The translations under genes were made by a program, and so were the position numbers. The notes under the pieces are model-generated. The model did not search any database. It saw only the letters and a program-made list of their open reading frames with translations, and had not been told where the DNA came from. A stretch of 64,000 bases of DNA from Candidatus Nanopelagicales bacterium. Lineage in GTDB: Bacteria; Actinomycetota; Actinomycetes; S36-B12. The stretch is from contig JANRCR010000018.1 of NCBI GenBank assembly GCA_030726915.1, positions 44,814 through 108,813 of the forward strand, read 5' to 3'. This document shows positions 1 to 10,267 of this stretch, piece after piece (the first letter of the stretch is position 1; each line of letters begins with the position of its first letter).

Positions 1-1
1 C

Positions 2-1150
2 GGCCGGGGGCAGCGACAACTGATCATCGGTGACCGACAGACCGGCAAGACAGCCGTATGTCTCGACACGATCATCAACCAGCGCGCCAACTGGGAGTCC
101 GGTGATCCCAAGAAGCAGGTGCGCTGCATCTACGTTGCTATCGGGCAGAAGGGCACCACGATCGCTTCGGTCCGGGGTGCACTAGAGGAATACGGCGCGA
201 TGGAGTACACCACGATCGTGGCTGCGCCCGCATCCGATCCGGCCGGCTTCAAGTTCCTTGCTCCCTTCACCGGATCGGCGATCGGCCAGCACTGGATGTA
301 CGCCGGCAAGCATGTGCTGATCGTCTTTGACGATCTTTCCAAGCAGGCTGAGGCCTACCGCGCCGTGTCGCTGCTGCTCCGCCGCCCACCGGGTCGTGAG
401 GCCTACCCGGGAGACGTTTTCTACCTACACTCCCGCCTGTTGGAGCGCTGCGCGAAGCTCAGTGATGAGTTGGGGGCGGGCTCCATGACCGGGCTTCCCA
501 TCATCGAGACCAAGGCCAATGACGTGTCGGCGTACATTCCCACGAACGTCATCTCCATCACCGATGGTCAGTGCTTCCTGGAGTCGGACCTCTTCAACTC
601 AGGCGTGCGTCCCGCCATCAACGTCGGAATCTCTGTCTCCCGTGTGGGCGGCTCAGCCCAGCCTAAGGCGATGAAGAAGGTCGCCGGCAGCCTGCGCTTG
701 AATCTCGCGCAGTTCCGCGAACTCGAAGCTTTTGCGGCTTTTGGATCCGACTTGGACTCCGCCTCCAAGGCTCAATTGGCTCGAGGCACCCGACTGGTGG
801 AACTGCTGAAGCAGCCGCAGTACCAGCCGCAATCCATGGAGCGTGAGGTTGTCACGGTGTGGTCTGGGACGACAGGCCAATTGGACGATGTTCCGGTGGA
901 GGACATTCGTCGCTTTGATTCCGGATTCCTCGACTACATCCAACGTGAGCAGCCCGCCATCCTGGAGACGATCCGACAGACCTCGGATCTGTCGGATGAC
1001 ACGGTGACGCTGTTGACATCGGCAATCCAGGAGTTCAAGCGGCAGTTCACGACGCACACGGGTGAGATGCTCATCAAGGACGAGCCGGTCGCGGCGATTT
1101 CCGAGGATGAGATTGATCCCACTCAGATCACCCGGTCACGTCGGGCCTAG
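2..1150 (+). CDS. atpA: F0F1 ATP synthase subunit alpha, 5' end cut by window edge
   Basis: Frame of ORF 119..1150 stays open back to nt 2 and reads [17 protein letters not shown] (P-loop). Hallmark [32 protein letters not shown]. Followed by gamma, beta and epsilon genes. Confidence 0.97.
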   Translation, partial: GRGQRQLIIGDRQTGKTAVCLDTIINQRANWESGDPKKQVRCIYVAIGQKGTTIASVRGALEEYGAMEYTTIVAAPASDPAGFKFLAPFTGSAIGQHWMYAGKHVLIVFDDLSKQAEAYRAVSLLLRRPPGREAYPGDVFYLHSRLLERCAKLSDELGAGSMTGLPIIETKANDVSAYIPTNVISITDGQCFLESDLFNSGVRPAINVGISVSRVGGSAQPKAMKKVAGSLRLNLAQFRELEAFAAFGSDLDSASKAQLARGTRLVELLKQPQYQPQSMEREVVTVWSGTTGQLDDVPVEDIRRFDSGFLDYIQREQPAILETIRQTSDLSDDTVTLLTSAIQEFKRQFTTHTGEMLIKDEPVAAISEDEIDPTQITRSRRA

Positions 1151-1176
1151 GCGAGCGACGGTCAGGGAGAGCAATC

Positions 1177-2085
1177 ATGGGTGCACAGCTGAGGGTTTTT
1201 CGTCGCCGGATCAAGTCGGTCCAGGCAACAAAGAAGATCACCAAGGCGATGGAGCTGATCGCGTCCTCGCGCATCGTGAAGGCACAGCAGCGCCTTGAGG
1301 CCTCCGGTCCCTATCTCCAGCAGCTCACCCAGGCCATCTCCGCCGCTGCCAGCCACGCGAGCGACATCGCCAACCACCCGCTGGTGCGTGATCCGGAGGT
1401 CCGAGATCGGGCCGCTGTGCTCGTCATTACCGCGGACCGCGGCTTGGCTGGCGCCTACTCGGCCAATGCCATCCGCGAGGCGGCTGGGCTCACGCGGCTG
1501 CTCAACGAGCAGGGTGTGACCGTCACGCCCTATGTGGTGGGGCGCAAGGGCGTGGCGTGGTTCCGCTTCCGTGGGGTCACGATGGGTGGTGAATACACCG
1601 GTTTCACCGATCAGCCCACCTACGCGGATGCTCGACGTATCGGTGATGACCTGTTGGAAGCATTCCTCACGCCCGAGTCTGAGGGCGGGATCGACGAGAT
1701 TCACCTGGTGTACACCCACTTCACCAACATGGCGGTCCAACAGGTGCGTGTACGTCGCGCCCTCCCCCTCGAGGTTGTCGACGAGGTCGTGGACTCCTCT
1801 GCGGGAGACGGCCTGCCCTTCCCCCTGTATGAATTCGAGCCTGGGGCTGACCTGGTGCTCGATGCGCTCCTCCCGCGTTACATCGACCATGCCGTCTACA
1901 CGGCACTGCTCATGTCTGCAGCGTCCGAGCATGCTGCACGACGCCGAGCGATGAAGTCCGCCACAGACAACGCGGAGGACCTCATTCGTTCCCTCACACG
2001 TCAGGCCAACCAGGCTCGACAGGCCGAGATCACCCAGGAAATCAGCGAAATCGTCGGTGGAGCCGACGCGCTGGCCTCCGCCTAG
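1177..2085 (+). CDS. atpG: F0F1 ATP synthase subunit gamma
   Basis: 302 aa. N-terminus LRVFRRRIKSVQATKKITKAMELIASSR and C-terminus AEITQEISEIVGGA are typical of gamma. Lies between the alpha and beta genes. Confidence 0.93.
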   Translation: MGAQLRVFRRRIKSVQATKKITKAMELIASSRIVKAQQRLEASGPYLQQLTQAISAAASHASDIANHPLVRDPEVRDRAAVLVITADRGLAGAYSANAIREAAGLTRLLNEQGVTVTPYVVGRKGVAWFRFRGVTMGGEYTGFTDQPTYADARRIGDDLLEAFLTPESEGGIDEIHLVYTHFTNMAVQQVRVRRALPLEVVDEVVDSSAGDGLPFPLYEFEPGADLVLDALLPRYIDHAVYTALLMSAASEHAARRRAMKSATDNAEDLIRSLTRQANQARQAEITQEISEIVGGADALASA

Positions 2086-3594
<1,509 letters not shown>

Positions 3595-3596
3595 TC

Positions 3597-3986
3597 GTGG
3601 CCGAATTGAATGTCTCGATTGTGTCCGCGGAGCGAGCAATCTGGCGTGGTCAAGCCAAGAGTGTCGTCGCCAAGACTCCCGACGGGGAGATCGGCATCCT
3701 GCCGGGGCATTCCCCGGTGCTCGCTCTGCTCCTGGACGCTCCCCTACGTATCGAAACGACAGAGGGCACCAAGGTGCTCGCTGCAGTCCACGGCGGATTC
3801 TTTTCTGTGGACTCCGACACCGTCAATGTGATCGCCGAGACTGCCGAACTCGCAGAGGAGATCGATGTCGTCCGAGCGAAGGCTGCACTAGATCGGGCCC
3901 GATCCGCCAGTGCCGAGGATGATCCTGCCGTCGCCGCGGCGAAGCGCGCCGAGACGCGGCTTGCCGTTGCCGTCGGCTCCCGCTAG
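3597..3986 (+). CDS. atpC: F0F1 ATP synthase subunit epsilon
   Basis: 129 aa. Starts 2 nt after the atpD stop. Size and operon position fit, with a C-terminal helical AEEIDVVRAKAALDRA segment. Confidence 0.9.
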   Translation: MAELNVSIVSAERAIWRGQAKSVVAKTPDGEIGILPGHSPVLALLLDAPLRIETTEGTKVLAAVHGGFFSVDSDTVNVIAETAELAEEIDVVRAKAALDRARSASAEDDPAVAAAKRAETRLAVAVGSR

Positions 3987-4116
3987 TCCCTCCACCCCGC
4001 CGGCCACCTCCACCCCCACCGTCTCCCTCCACCCCCGCCGGCTCCCTCCACCCCGCCGGCTCCCTCCACCCCCGCCGGCTCCCTCCACCCCGCCGGCTCC
4101 CTCCACCCCCGTCGGC
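3987..4116. repeat. Tandem repeat: 7 units alternating 18/19 nt, consensus TCCCTCCACCCC(C)GCCGGC, C-rich on + strand
   Basis: Read directly: units start at 3987, 4005 (degenerate), 4024, 4043, 4061, 4080 and 4098. The array begins on the nucleotide after the atpC TAG stop. Confidence 0.95.
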
Positions 4117-4176
4117 GAGTGCTGGCTTGTGCGTTGCCTGGCCGGCGTGTCGGCGTACACATCGCAGCACTCGGCG
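4117..4176. repeat. 60-nt imperfect palindromic element, left copy (GAGTGCTGG...39 nt...CAGCACTCGGCG)
   Basis: Same length and identical 9-nt and 12-nt termini as the element at 5138..5197. Only 8 bp (4117-4124/4165-4172) plus a short TGTG/CACA pairing remain complementary. Confidence 0.8.
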
Positions 4177-4266
4177 GGCGATGTGATGCGGTCTGAGGGA
4201 CTTCTGTCGTCCACAGGTGCATACCAGCGTCTTGTCAGGTCGACGGGCTGAGCCAAGTCTGGCGGG

Positions 4267-5139
4267 ATGATTCAGCCTGACGTCGACAGTGTCGCCCTTC
4301 AAGACGATGTCCACATCGTCACGGCAGCGACACGGCACCGGTTCCGCAGCGGGTACTGGTCACCGACGTGGGGCACGCGAGCGCCCGACGATCGTCGCGA
4401 CCTCAAGGCTCGCTGCCTGGCGCTGCTCCTGGCCATCGGAGGTCGCGGTGTCTTCACGGGGATGACAGCTCTGGAGGCGTGGGATGGCGTAGAGGTTCGC
4501 CCTGGACCAATCGAAATAACGGTGGACTCTGGAGGGGTTCAGGTCCAGAGGGCGGATGTGCGCTGCCGACGTCGTTCGCTGGGATCAGACGATGTGACAA
4601 GAGTGAACGGATTGCCGGTGACCACGCCCCAGCGCACCTTCGTGGATGTGGCGCCCCTCATGGATGTCCCCCGCCTGGTGGCCGTGGGCGATGATCTCCT
4701 GAGGCGCCGGCTGCTCGAGCGTGCCGATATCGACGAGGTGCTGAGGCGGTCGGATGGGCAACGCGGCGTCCGCGCAGCACGAAGGGCCCGGGATTTGCTG
4801 GACCCGCGTGCTGAGTCACCGAGGGAGTCGATCGTTCGGGCGATCATCATCGAGGCCGGCTTGCCTGCCCCCACGCCTCAGGTGGAGATCTTTGATCGGT
4901 ATGGCCGTTTTCTCGCTCGGGGCGACCTGGTCTACCCGGACCTCAAGGTGGTGATCGAGTACGACGGAGCACACCACTTGACGAGGCAGGCGCAGGCGCA
5001 CGATGCGCGACGACGTGGGTTACTGGGCAACGATGGATGGCTCATAGTCACGGTCGTTCCCGAAGACGTGCGCCAACCTCATCTGCTGGTGCACAAGGTG
5101 ACAAGTGCCATCGCCGCCCGACATCACCTTTCCCGTTGA
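4267..5139 (+). CDS. DUF559 (Vsr-like endonuclease fold) domain protein with an N-terminal AbiEi-like region
   Basis: 290 aa. The C-terminal VVIEYDGAHHLTRQAQAHDARRRGLLGNDGWLIVTVVPEDV is the typical DUF559 core. The N-terminal half resembles the usual actinobacterial partner domain (VFTGMTALEAWDG...IEITV...GLPVTTPQRTFVDVA). Confidence 0.8.
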   Translation: MIQPDVDSVALQDDVHIVTAATRHRFRSGYWSPTWGTRAPDDRRDLKARCLALLLAIGGRGVFTGMTALEAWDGVEVRPGPIEITVDSGGVQVQRADVRCRRRSLGSDDVTRVNGLPVTTPQRTFVDVAPLMDVPRLVAVGDDLLRRRLLERADIDEVLRRSDGQRGVRAARRARDLLDPRAESPRESIVRAIIIEAGLPAPTPQVEIFDRYGRFLARGDLVYPDLKVVIEYDGAHHLTRQAQAHDARRRGLLGNDGWLIVTVVPEDVRQPHLLVHKVTSAIAARHHLSR

Positions 5140-5197
5140 GTGCTGGATCGTGCAGCGCGACACGGCGTAGTCGAGCTGCACGATCCAGCACTCGGCG
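5138..5197. terminator. 60-nt palindromic element, right copy; candidate bidirectional terminator between convergent genes
   Basis: 19-bp perfect stem (5138-5156 pairs with 5175-5193) with an 18-nt loop. Starts inside the DUF559 TGA stop (5137-5139). No U-tract. The hairpin is certain; the terminator function is inferred. Confidence 0.6.
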
Positions 5198-5200
5198 CGC

Positions 5201-5226
5201 GGAGGGGAGGGGTGGGAGGGGCGGGG
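5201..5226 (+). other. Canonical G-quadruplex motif (five G3-4 runs with 1-nt loops)
   Basis: The sequence reads GGAGGGGAGGGGTGGGAGGGGCGGGG. It lies between the right palindrome and the stop of the minus-strand adenosyltransferase gene. Confidence 0.8.
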
Positions 5227-5238
5227 CAGAGATGCCGG

Positions 5239-5820
5239 CTAGTCGGAGGAGCGGCCGCCGGGCTGCCAGAGCACATCGCCGGCACCGTCCACGTTGGCAC
5301 AGCGGGCGAGGATGAAGAGCAGGTCCGACAGGCGGTTGAGGTAGAGCGCTGTCAGCGGGTTGATCGAGTCGCCGTACTCCTCAATGGCGCGCCAGGTGGC
5401 GCGCTCAGCCCGTCGCGCGACGGTGCGCGCCACGTGGAGCTGAGCCGCGCCCAGGCTCCCGCCCGGGAGGATGAACGACCGGAGCGGCTCCAGGCGCGCG
5501 TTGTAGGTGTCGCAGGCGTGCTCCAGGCGGTCGACGTAGTCCGCAGTGATGCGCAGCGGGGGGTACTGGGGGTTGGGGACGATGGGCGTGCACAGGTCGG
5601 CACCGACATCGAAGAGGTCGTTCTGCACTGCGGTGAGGAGCTCGACGACATCATCGCCGAGGCCACCTGACGCGAGGGCCACGCCCAGGCTGGAGTTGGC
5701 CTCGTCGACATCGGCGTAGGCCTCGAGGCGCAGGTCGGTCTTGCTCGTGCGGGACATGTCGCCGAGGGAGGTGGTGCCGTCGTCGCCGGTGCGGGTGTAG
5801 ATCCGTGTGAGGTTGACCAT
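5239..5820 (-). CDS. PduO-type ATP:cob(I)alamin adenosyltransferase
   Basis: 193 aa. N-terminal IYTRTGDDGTTSLGD motif and the four-helix-bundle-type remainder. Same position relative to atp/murA as Rv1314c (recalled). Confidence 0.9.
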   Translation of the reverse strand: MVNLTRIYTRTGDDGTTSLGDMSRTSKTDLRLEAYADVDEANSSLGVALASGGLGDDVVELLTAVQNDLFDVGADLCTPIVPNPQYPPLRITADYVDRLEHACDTYNARLEPLRSFILPGGSLGAAQLHVARTVARRAERATWRAIEEYGDSINPLTALYLNRLSDLLFILARCANVDGAGDVLWQPGGRSSD

Positions 5821-5907
5821 GGAAAGACCCTAGGGGACGCGAGGGAGCCTCGCGCGATGGCGCGGCACCGCATCGGGGCCTGCGGCGCCGGGGCCTAGCA
5901 TGTCGCT

Positions 5908-7176
5908 GTGGAGGTGCTTCGTGTCATGGGCGGAGCACGGCTCCGGGGAGAAGTCACGGTCACCGGAGCCAAAAACAGTGTGCTCAAGTTGATGGCCGCG
6001 GCCCTGCTCGCTCCGGGGCGCACCGTGCTCACGGATGTGCCTCATATCCTCGATGTGGAGATCATGGCTGAGTTGCTCCGGCGGCTCGGGTGTGACGTCA
6101 GCCACGACTCCGGCGGGGCCACCGTCGCGATTGACGTGCCCGAGCGATTGGAACATCGCGCTGACTACGACCTCGTCCGACGAATGCGTGCCTCCATCAC
6201 CGTCCTCGGGCCACTGCTCGCGCGATGCGGTGTCGTTGATGTGGCTCTTCCCGGCGGCGACAACATTGGGTCACGCGGTCTCGACATGCACATAGCCGGA
6301 CTGCAGCGATTGGGCGCCAGCGTGACCAGCGAGCACGGCTACCTGATCGCCCACGCGGAAGCAGGGCTCAGGGGAGCCTCCATTTGGCTGGACTTCCCCA
6401 GCGTGGGAGCGACGGAAACGCTCTTGATGGCGGCAAGCCTGGCGCAGGGTCGCACGGTGATTGACAATGCTGCGCGCGAACCCGAGATTGTCGATATCTG
6501 CTCCATGTTGACGGAGATGGGTGCGGATATTTCTGGGGCTGGGTCATCCACCCTGGAGATCAACGGGGTCGAGGTGTTGCGTCCTGTTGAGCATGCCACC
6601 GTGCCCGATCGCATTGTCGCCGGCACATGGGCGGTGGCGGCAGTCATGACGCGTGGGGATATCACCGTGCGAGGAGCGCGACCGGAGCACCTGGATATCG
6701 CCCTGGACAAACTCGTGACAGCCGGCGCGCAGGTGACCATGGTTGAGGATGGCTTCCGCGTGACGATGGATGCCAGGCCCACGGCGGTGGACATCGTGAC
6801 CCTTCCCTATCCAGGATTCCCCACGGATCTGCAGCCGCAGTTCATCGCCCTCAACGCGATTGCCGAGGGCGCCGCGCTCGTGACGGAGAACCTGTTTGAG
6901 GCCCGATTCCGCTTCGTCCACGAGTTGGTCCGGCTGGGCGCCGACGTGCAGACTGAAGGCCATCACGCGCTGGTCCGCGGCCGCACCACGCTGAGCGGTG
7001 CGCCTGTCGAGGCGACCGATATTCGTGCCGGTGCGGGTCTGGTCCTTGCAGGGCTCGTGGCAGAGGGAGAGACGACGGTCCACGAGGTGCACCACATCGA
7101 CCGTGGTTATGCCGGGTTCGTCGAGGATCTGAAGCGTTTGGGTGCTGATGTGCGCAGGACCGGCGCCCCAACCTAG
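5908..7176 (+). CDS. murA: UDP-N-acetylglucosamine 1-carboxyvinyltransferase
   Basis: 422 aa. [19 protein letters not shown]-terminus. Active-site loop [13 protein letters not shown] with Asp at the position of the fosfomycin-target Cys. GTG start. Confidence 0.95.
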   Translation: MEVLRVMGGARLRGEVTVTGAKNSVLKLMAAALLAPGRTVLTDVPHILDVEIMAELLRRLGCDVSHDSGGATVAIDVPERLEHRADYDLVRRMRASITVLGPLLARCGVVDVALPGGDNIGSRGLDMHIAGLQRLGASVTSEHGYLIAHAEAGLRGASIWLDFPSVGATETLLMAASLAQGRTVIDNAAREPEIVDICSMLTEMGADISGAGSSTLEINGVEVLRPVEHATVPDRIVAGTWAVAAVMTRGDITVRGARPEHLDIALDKLVTAGAQVTMVEDGFRVTMDARPTAVDIVTLPYPGFPTDLQPQFIALNAIAEGAALVTENLFEARFRFVHELVRLGADVQTEGHHALVRGRTTLSGAPVEATDIRAGAGLVLAGLVAEGETTVHEVHHIDRGYAGFVEDLKRLGADVRRTGAPT

Positions 7177-7493
7177 GCGCGAGGCCCTAGCTGGGCGCGA
7201 GCCCGGGAGGCATCCGCCGGCCACACCATGACGCGAGGGCCATCGAGGGTTTGGGCCAGCGTGGCACGAATACCCGCATCCTCTAACTCGCGGCGCCAGA
7301 TTTCCCCTTCAACATACGAGGGTGGCGTGGCGACCGGGATGAGCATGCCGTAGTCGTCGGTGGAACCCTGGCGGGGCGGGGCGGCCACGACGGACACGCC
7401 CCGTCGGAAGGTCCAGCGCAGCAGCAGGATGAGCAGGCCGAGGCCGCCAAAGGCCATCAGCGGACCCACGGCATAGGAGAAGGACGTTCCCAC
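7173..7493 (-). CDS. Small hypothetical protein: one N-terminal TM helix plus a possible DUF2007-like C-terminal domain
   Basis: This is the C-terminal third of ORF 7173..7904. The longer ORF would overlap the well-supported mutase gene. Start placed at GTG 7493 (alternative ATG 7457). Hydrophobic [14 protein letters not shown] segment, then [18 protein letters not shown]...[15 protein letters not shown]. Confidence 0.45.
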   Translation of the reverse strand: MGTSFSYAVGPLMAFGGLGLLILLLRWTFRRGVSVVAAPPRQGSTDDYGMLIPVATPPSYVEGEIWRRELEDAGIRATLAQTLDGPRVMVWPADASRARAQLGPRA

Positions 7494-7559
7494 GCCCCTT
7501 ATCGTGCTGCACGGCAGATACACGCGCCACTCGTGGGGACCCCCCGGTAGTCTCTCAGG

Positions 7560-9563
7560 GTGGGACGTGCCAAGGATCGCCCCTGGATCATGCGGACGTA
7601 CGCCGGGCACTCCTCCCCGGCGGAGTCCAACGCGCTGTACAAGCGCAATCTCGCCAAGGGCCAAACGGGTTTGTCCGTGGCCTTTGACCTGCCCACCCAG
7701 ACCGGATACGACCCTGACAGTCCGATGGCCGCCGGCGAGGTCGGCAAGGTGGGTGTGCCCATCGCGCACCTTGGCGACATGCGCCGCCTGTTCGATGACA
7801 TTCCGCTGGACTCCATGAACACCTCCATGACCATCAATGCCACGGCCATGTGGCTCTATGCGCTCTACGTCGTGGCAGCGGAGGAGCAGGGTGTCGCTGA
7901 GCATGATCTTCAGGGGACAACGCAGAACGACATCATCAAGGAGTACCTCTCTCGGGGGACGTACATCTACCCGCCGAGGCCGTCACTGCGACTCATCACG
8001 GACATGATCGAGCACACCGTCGAGCATGCACCGCAGTGGAATCCCATGAACATCTGCAGCTACCACCTCCAAGAGGCGGGCGCGACCCCCGTGCAGGAGG
8101 TCGCCTTCTCACTCTGCACGGCCATTGCCGTCCTCGATGCCGTACGGGACTCCGGACGGGTGCCACCGGATCGATTCGGAGACGTTGTGGCGAGGATGTC
8201 TTTTTTCGTCAACGCAGGCGTGCGCTTCATCGAGGAGATGGCCAAGATGCGCACCTTCGTTGCCCTGTGGGAGGAGATCACGCGAGAGCGCTACGGAGTC
8301 ACCGATCCGATCCAGCGCCGTTTCCGATACGGCGTTCAGGTGAATTCACTTGGGCTCACCGAGGCGCAACCCGAGAACAACGTGCAGCGTATTGTCCTGG
8401 AGATGCTGGCGGTCACGCTGTCCAAGGACGCGCGGGCCAGAGCCATCCAATTGCCCGCGTGGAATGAGGCGCTCGGCCTGCCCCGTCCCTGGGATCAGCA
8501 ATGGTCCCTGCGGGTGCAGCAGGTCTTGGCGGAGGAAACAGACCTTCTGGAGTACGACGATATTTTTGAAGGATCGCTGGTTGTTACTCGACTCGTGGAC
8601 TCCATGGTGACCGAGGCCCGCGATGAGATGGCTCGAATCCTTGACGCGGGTGGAGCGGTGGCAGCCGTCGAAAGCGGATACATGAAATCTCAACTCGTCC
8701 AGGCGCACTCGCAGCGTCGGGCTCGGGTCGAGTCGGGCGAACAGATCGTCGTCGGTGTCAATCGTCATGTCGAGACCGAGCCCAATCCGATGCTGGCCGA
8801 CGTTGGTTCGGCTGTGCAATTGGTCGATCCCGGTGTCGCTCAGCAGGCATTGGAGGGGATCGAAGCCTGGCGCGCACAGCGCGATGGTCCCTCTGTGGCG
8901 GCGGCCCTAACCGCTTTGCGGGATGCCGCCTCCGAGGGTGTCAACCTCGTGCCTGCGACGCTGGCGTGTGTTCGTGCGGGAGTGACGACCGGAGAGTGGG
9001 CCAATGCCCTGCGCTCGGTGTTCGGTGAGTTCCGTGCCCCCACGGGAGTCAGCGCGTCCCTCTCGGTGGGCGAGCCTGCCGAGGATGTGCGGGCGGTGCG
9101 TGATCTGGTCCAGGCCACAGAGCGGGACCTGGGATCCCGGATGCGCTTCCTGGTCGCCAAGCCGGGCCTTGACGGCCACTCGAATGGCGCTGAGCAGATT
9201 GCCGTTCGAGCCCGGGATGTTGGTTTTGAAGTGATTTATCAGGGCATCCGACTGTCGCCGGAGCAGATTGTGGCGGCCGCCGTGGCGGAGGACGTGGACG
9301 TCGTGGGGATCTCTATCCTCTCCGGTTCGCATCGGGAATTGATTCCTGCGATCGTCGATGGGATCCGCGCGGCCGGCATGTCAGAGACGGTCGTCGTGGC
9401 GGGCGGGATCATCTCGGATGTCGATGCTCAGTTTTTGCAGGAACACGGTGTCGCTGCTGTCTTCACCCCCAAGGATTACGACGCCACCGCCATCATGCGG
9501 ACCATCGTGGATGAGATACGTGAGGTGCGCGGCTTGCCCCGCTCATCCCCGGTAGCGGGATGA
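7560..9563 (+). CDS. Adenosylcobalamin-dependent acyl-CoA mutase, single-chain (catalytic barrel plus B12-binding domain), MeaA/Ecm-like
   Basis: 667 aa. [45 protein letters not shown] and [14 protein letters not shown]-terminal DxHxxG B12 motif ([10 protein letters not shown]). The Tyr in RTYAGHS fits carboxylated substrates. The subfamily call is from memory. Confidence 0.85.
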   Translation: MGRAKDRPWIMRTYAGHSSPAESNALYKRNLAKGQTGLSVAFDLPTQTGYDPDSPMAAGEVGKVGVPIAHLGDMRRLFDDIPLDSMNTSMTINATAMWLYALYVVAAEEQGVAEHDLQGTTQNDIIKEYLSRGTYIYPPRPSLRLITDMIEHTVEHAPQWNPMNICSYHLQEAGATPVQEVAFSLCTAIAVLDAVRDSGRVPPDRFGDVVARMSFFVNAGVRFIEEMAKMRTFVALWEEITRERYGVTDPIQRRFRYGVQVNSLGLTEAQPENNVQRIVLEMLAVTLSKDARARAIQLPAWNEALGLPRPWDQQWSLRVQQVLAEETDLLEYDDIFEGSLVVTRLVDSMVTEARDEMARILDAGGAVAAVESGYMKSQLVQAHSQRRARVESGEQIVVGVNRHVETEPNPMLADVGSAVQLVDPGVAQQALEGIEAWRAQRDGPSVAAALTALRDAASEGVNLVPATLACVRAGVTTGEWANALRSVFGEFRAPTGVSASLSVGEPAEDVRAVRDLVQATERDLGSRMRFLVAKPGLDGHSNGAEQIAVRARDVGFEVIYQGIRLSPEQIVAAAVAEDVDVVGISILSGSHRELIPAIVDGIRAAGMSETVVVAGGIISDVDAQFLQEHGVAAVFTPKDYDATAIMRTIVDEIREVRGLPRSSPVAG

Positions 9564-10231
9564 AGATCGTCATTGCGCGTTGCTCCGTCGACTACGCGGG
9601 GCGCCTGACAGCCCATCTACCCGAAGCGGTCAGGGTGCTCATGGTCAAGGCGGACGGTTCCGTGCTGGTCCACGCCGACGGTGGTTCATACAAGCCGCTC
9701 AATTGGATGAGCCCCCCGTGCTGGCTCACCACGGCTGATGACGGGGGCACGATGATGTGGAGTGTCACGAATCGGGCAGGGGAGACCTTGACCATCCGTC
9801 TCCATGAGGTCCTCCATGAGTCCGAGCACGATTTGGGCATTGATCCCGGACTTGTGAAGGACGGAGTCGAGGCCCATCTCCAGGCCCTCCTCGCTGAGCA
9901 TGTTGAGACCCTGGGCCGGGGCTGGACGCTCGTCCGGAGGGAGTTCCCGACAGCCATCGGCCCGGTGGACCTACTCTGCCGCGATGATGGTGGCGCGGCA
10001 GTAGCCGTGGAGATCAAACGACGTGGTGAGATCGACGGAGTCGAGCAGTTGACCCGCTATCTCGAACTTCTCAATCGAGATCCGCTGCTCGCACCGGTCG
10101 GGGGAATCCTTGCCGCACAGGAGATCAAGCCACAGGCCCGCACCCTCGCGGAGGATCGCGGTATCCGCTGCGTCGTGCTGGACTATGACGCGCTGCGTGG
10201 CACCGATGACACCACCTCGCGGCTCTTCTAG
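9560..10231 (+). CDS. nucS: Endonuclease NucS (EndoMS), non-canonical mismatch repair
   Basis: 223 aa. [23 protein letters not shown]...YKPLNWM N-terminus and a C-terminal RecB-like DLLCRD...[21 protein letters not shown]. Its ATG overlaps the mutase TGA (ATGA at 9560-9563). Confidence 0.93.
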   Translation: MKIVIARCSVDYAGRLTAHLPEAVRVLMVKADGSVLVHADGGSYKPLNWMSPPCWLTTADDGGTMMWSVTNRAGETLTIRLHEVLHESEHDLGIDPGLVKDGVEAHLQALLAEHVETLGRGWTLVRREFPTAIGPVDLLCRDDGGAAVAVEIKRRGEIDGVEQLTRYLELLNRDPLLAPVGGILAAQEIKPQARTLAEDRGIRCVVLDYDALRGTDDTTSRLF

Positions 10232-10267
10232 CCGCGGTGCGAGACTGCGGCGGATAGGGAGGTTGCA

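Noticed and set aside
3987-4116. Possible CRISPR array or coding Pro-rich repeat
   Set aside because: The units are contiguous with no spacers and there are no cas genes, so it is not a CRISPR array. ORFs through it (3910..4251 +, 3823..4338 -) overlap atpC or are pure low-complexity, so it is treated as a non-coding tandem repeat.
7494-7904. N-terminal 137 codons of ORF 7173..7904 (minus)
   Set aside because: This part overlaps the start and first 115 codons of the well-supported mutase gene, and its His/Gly/Arg-rich composition looks like a shadow frame. Only the 3' third was kept as a gene.
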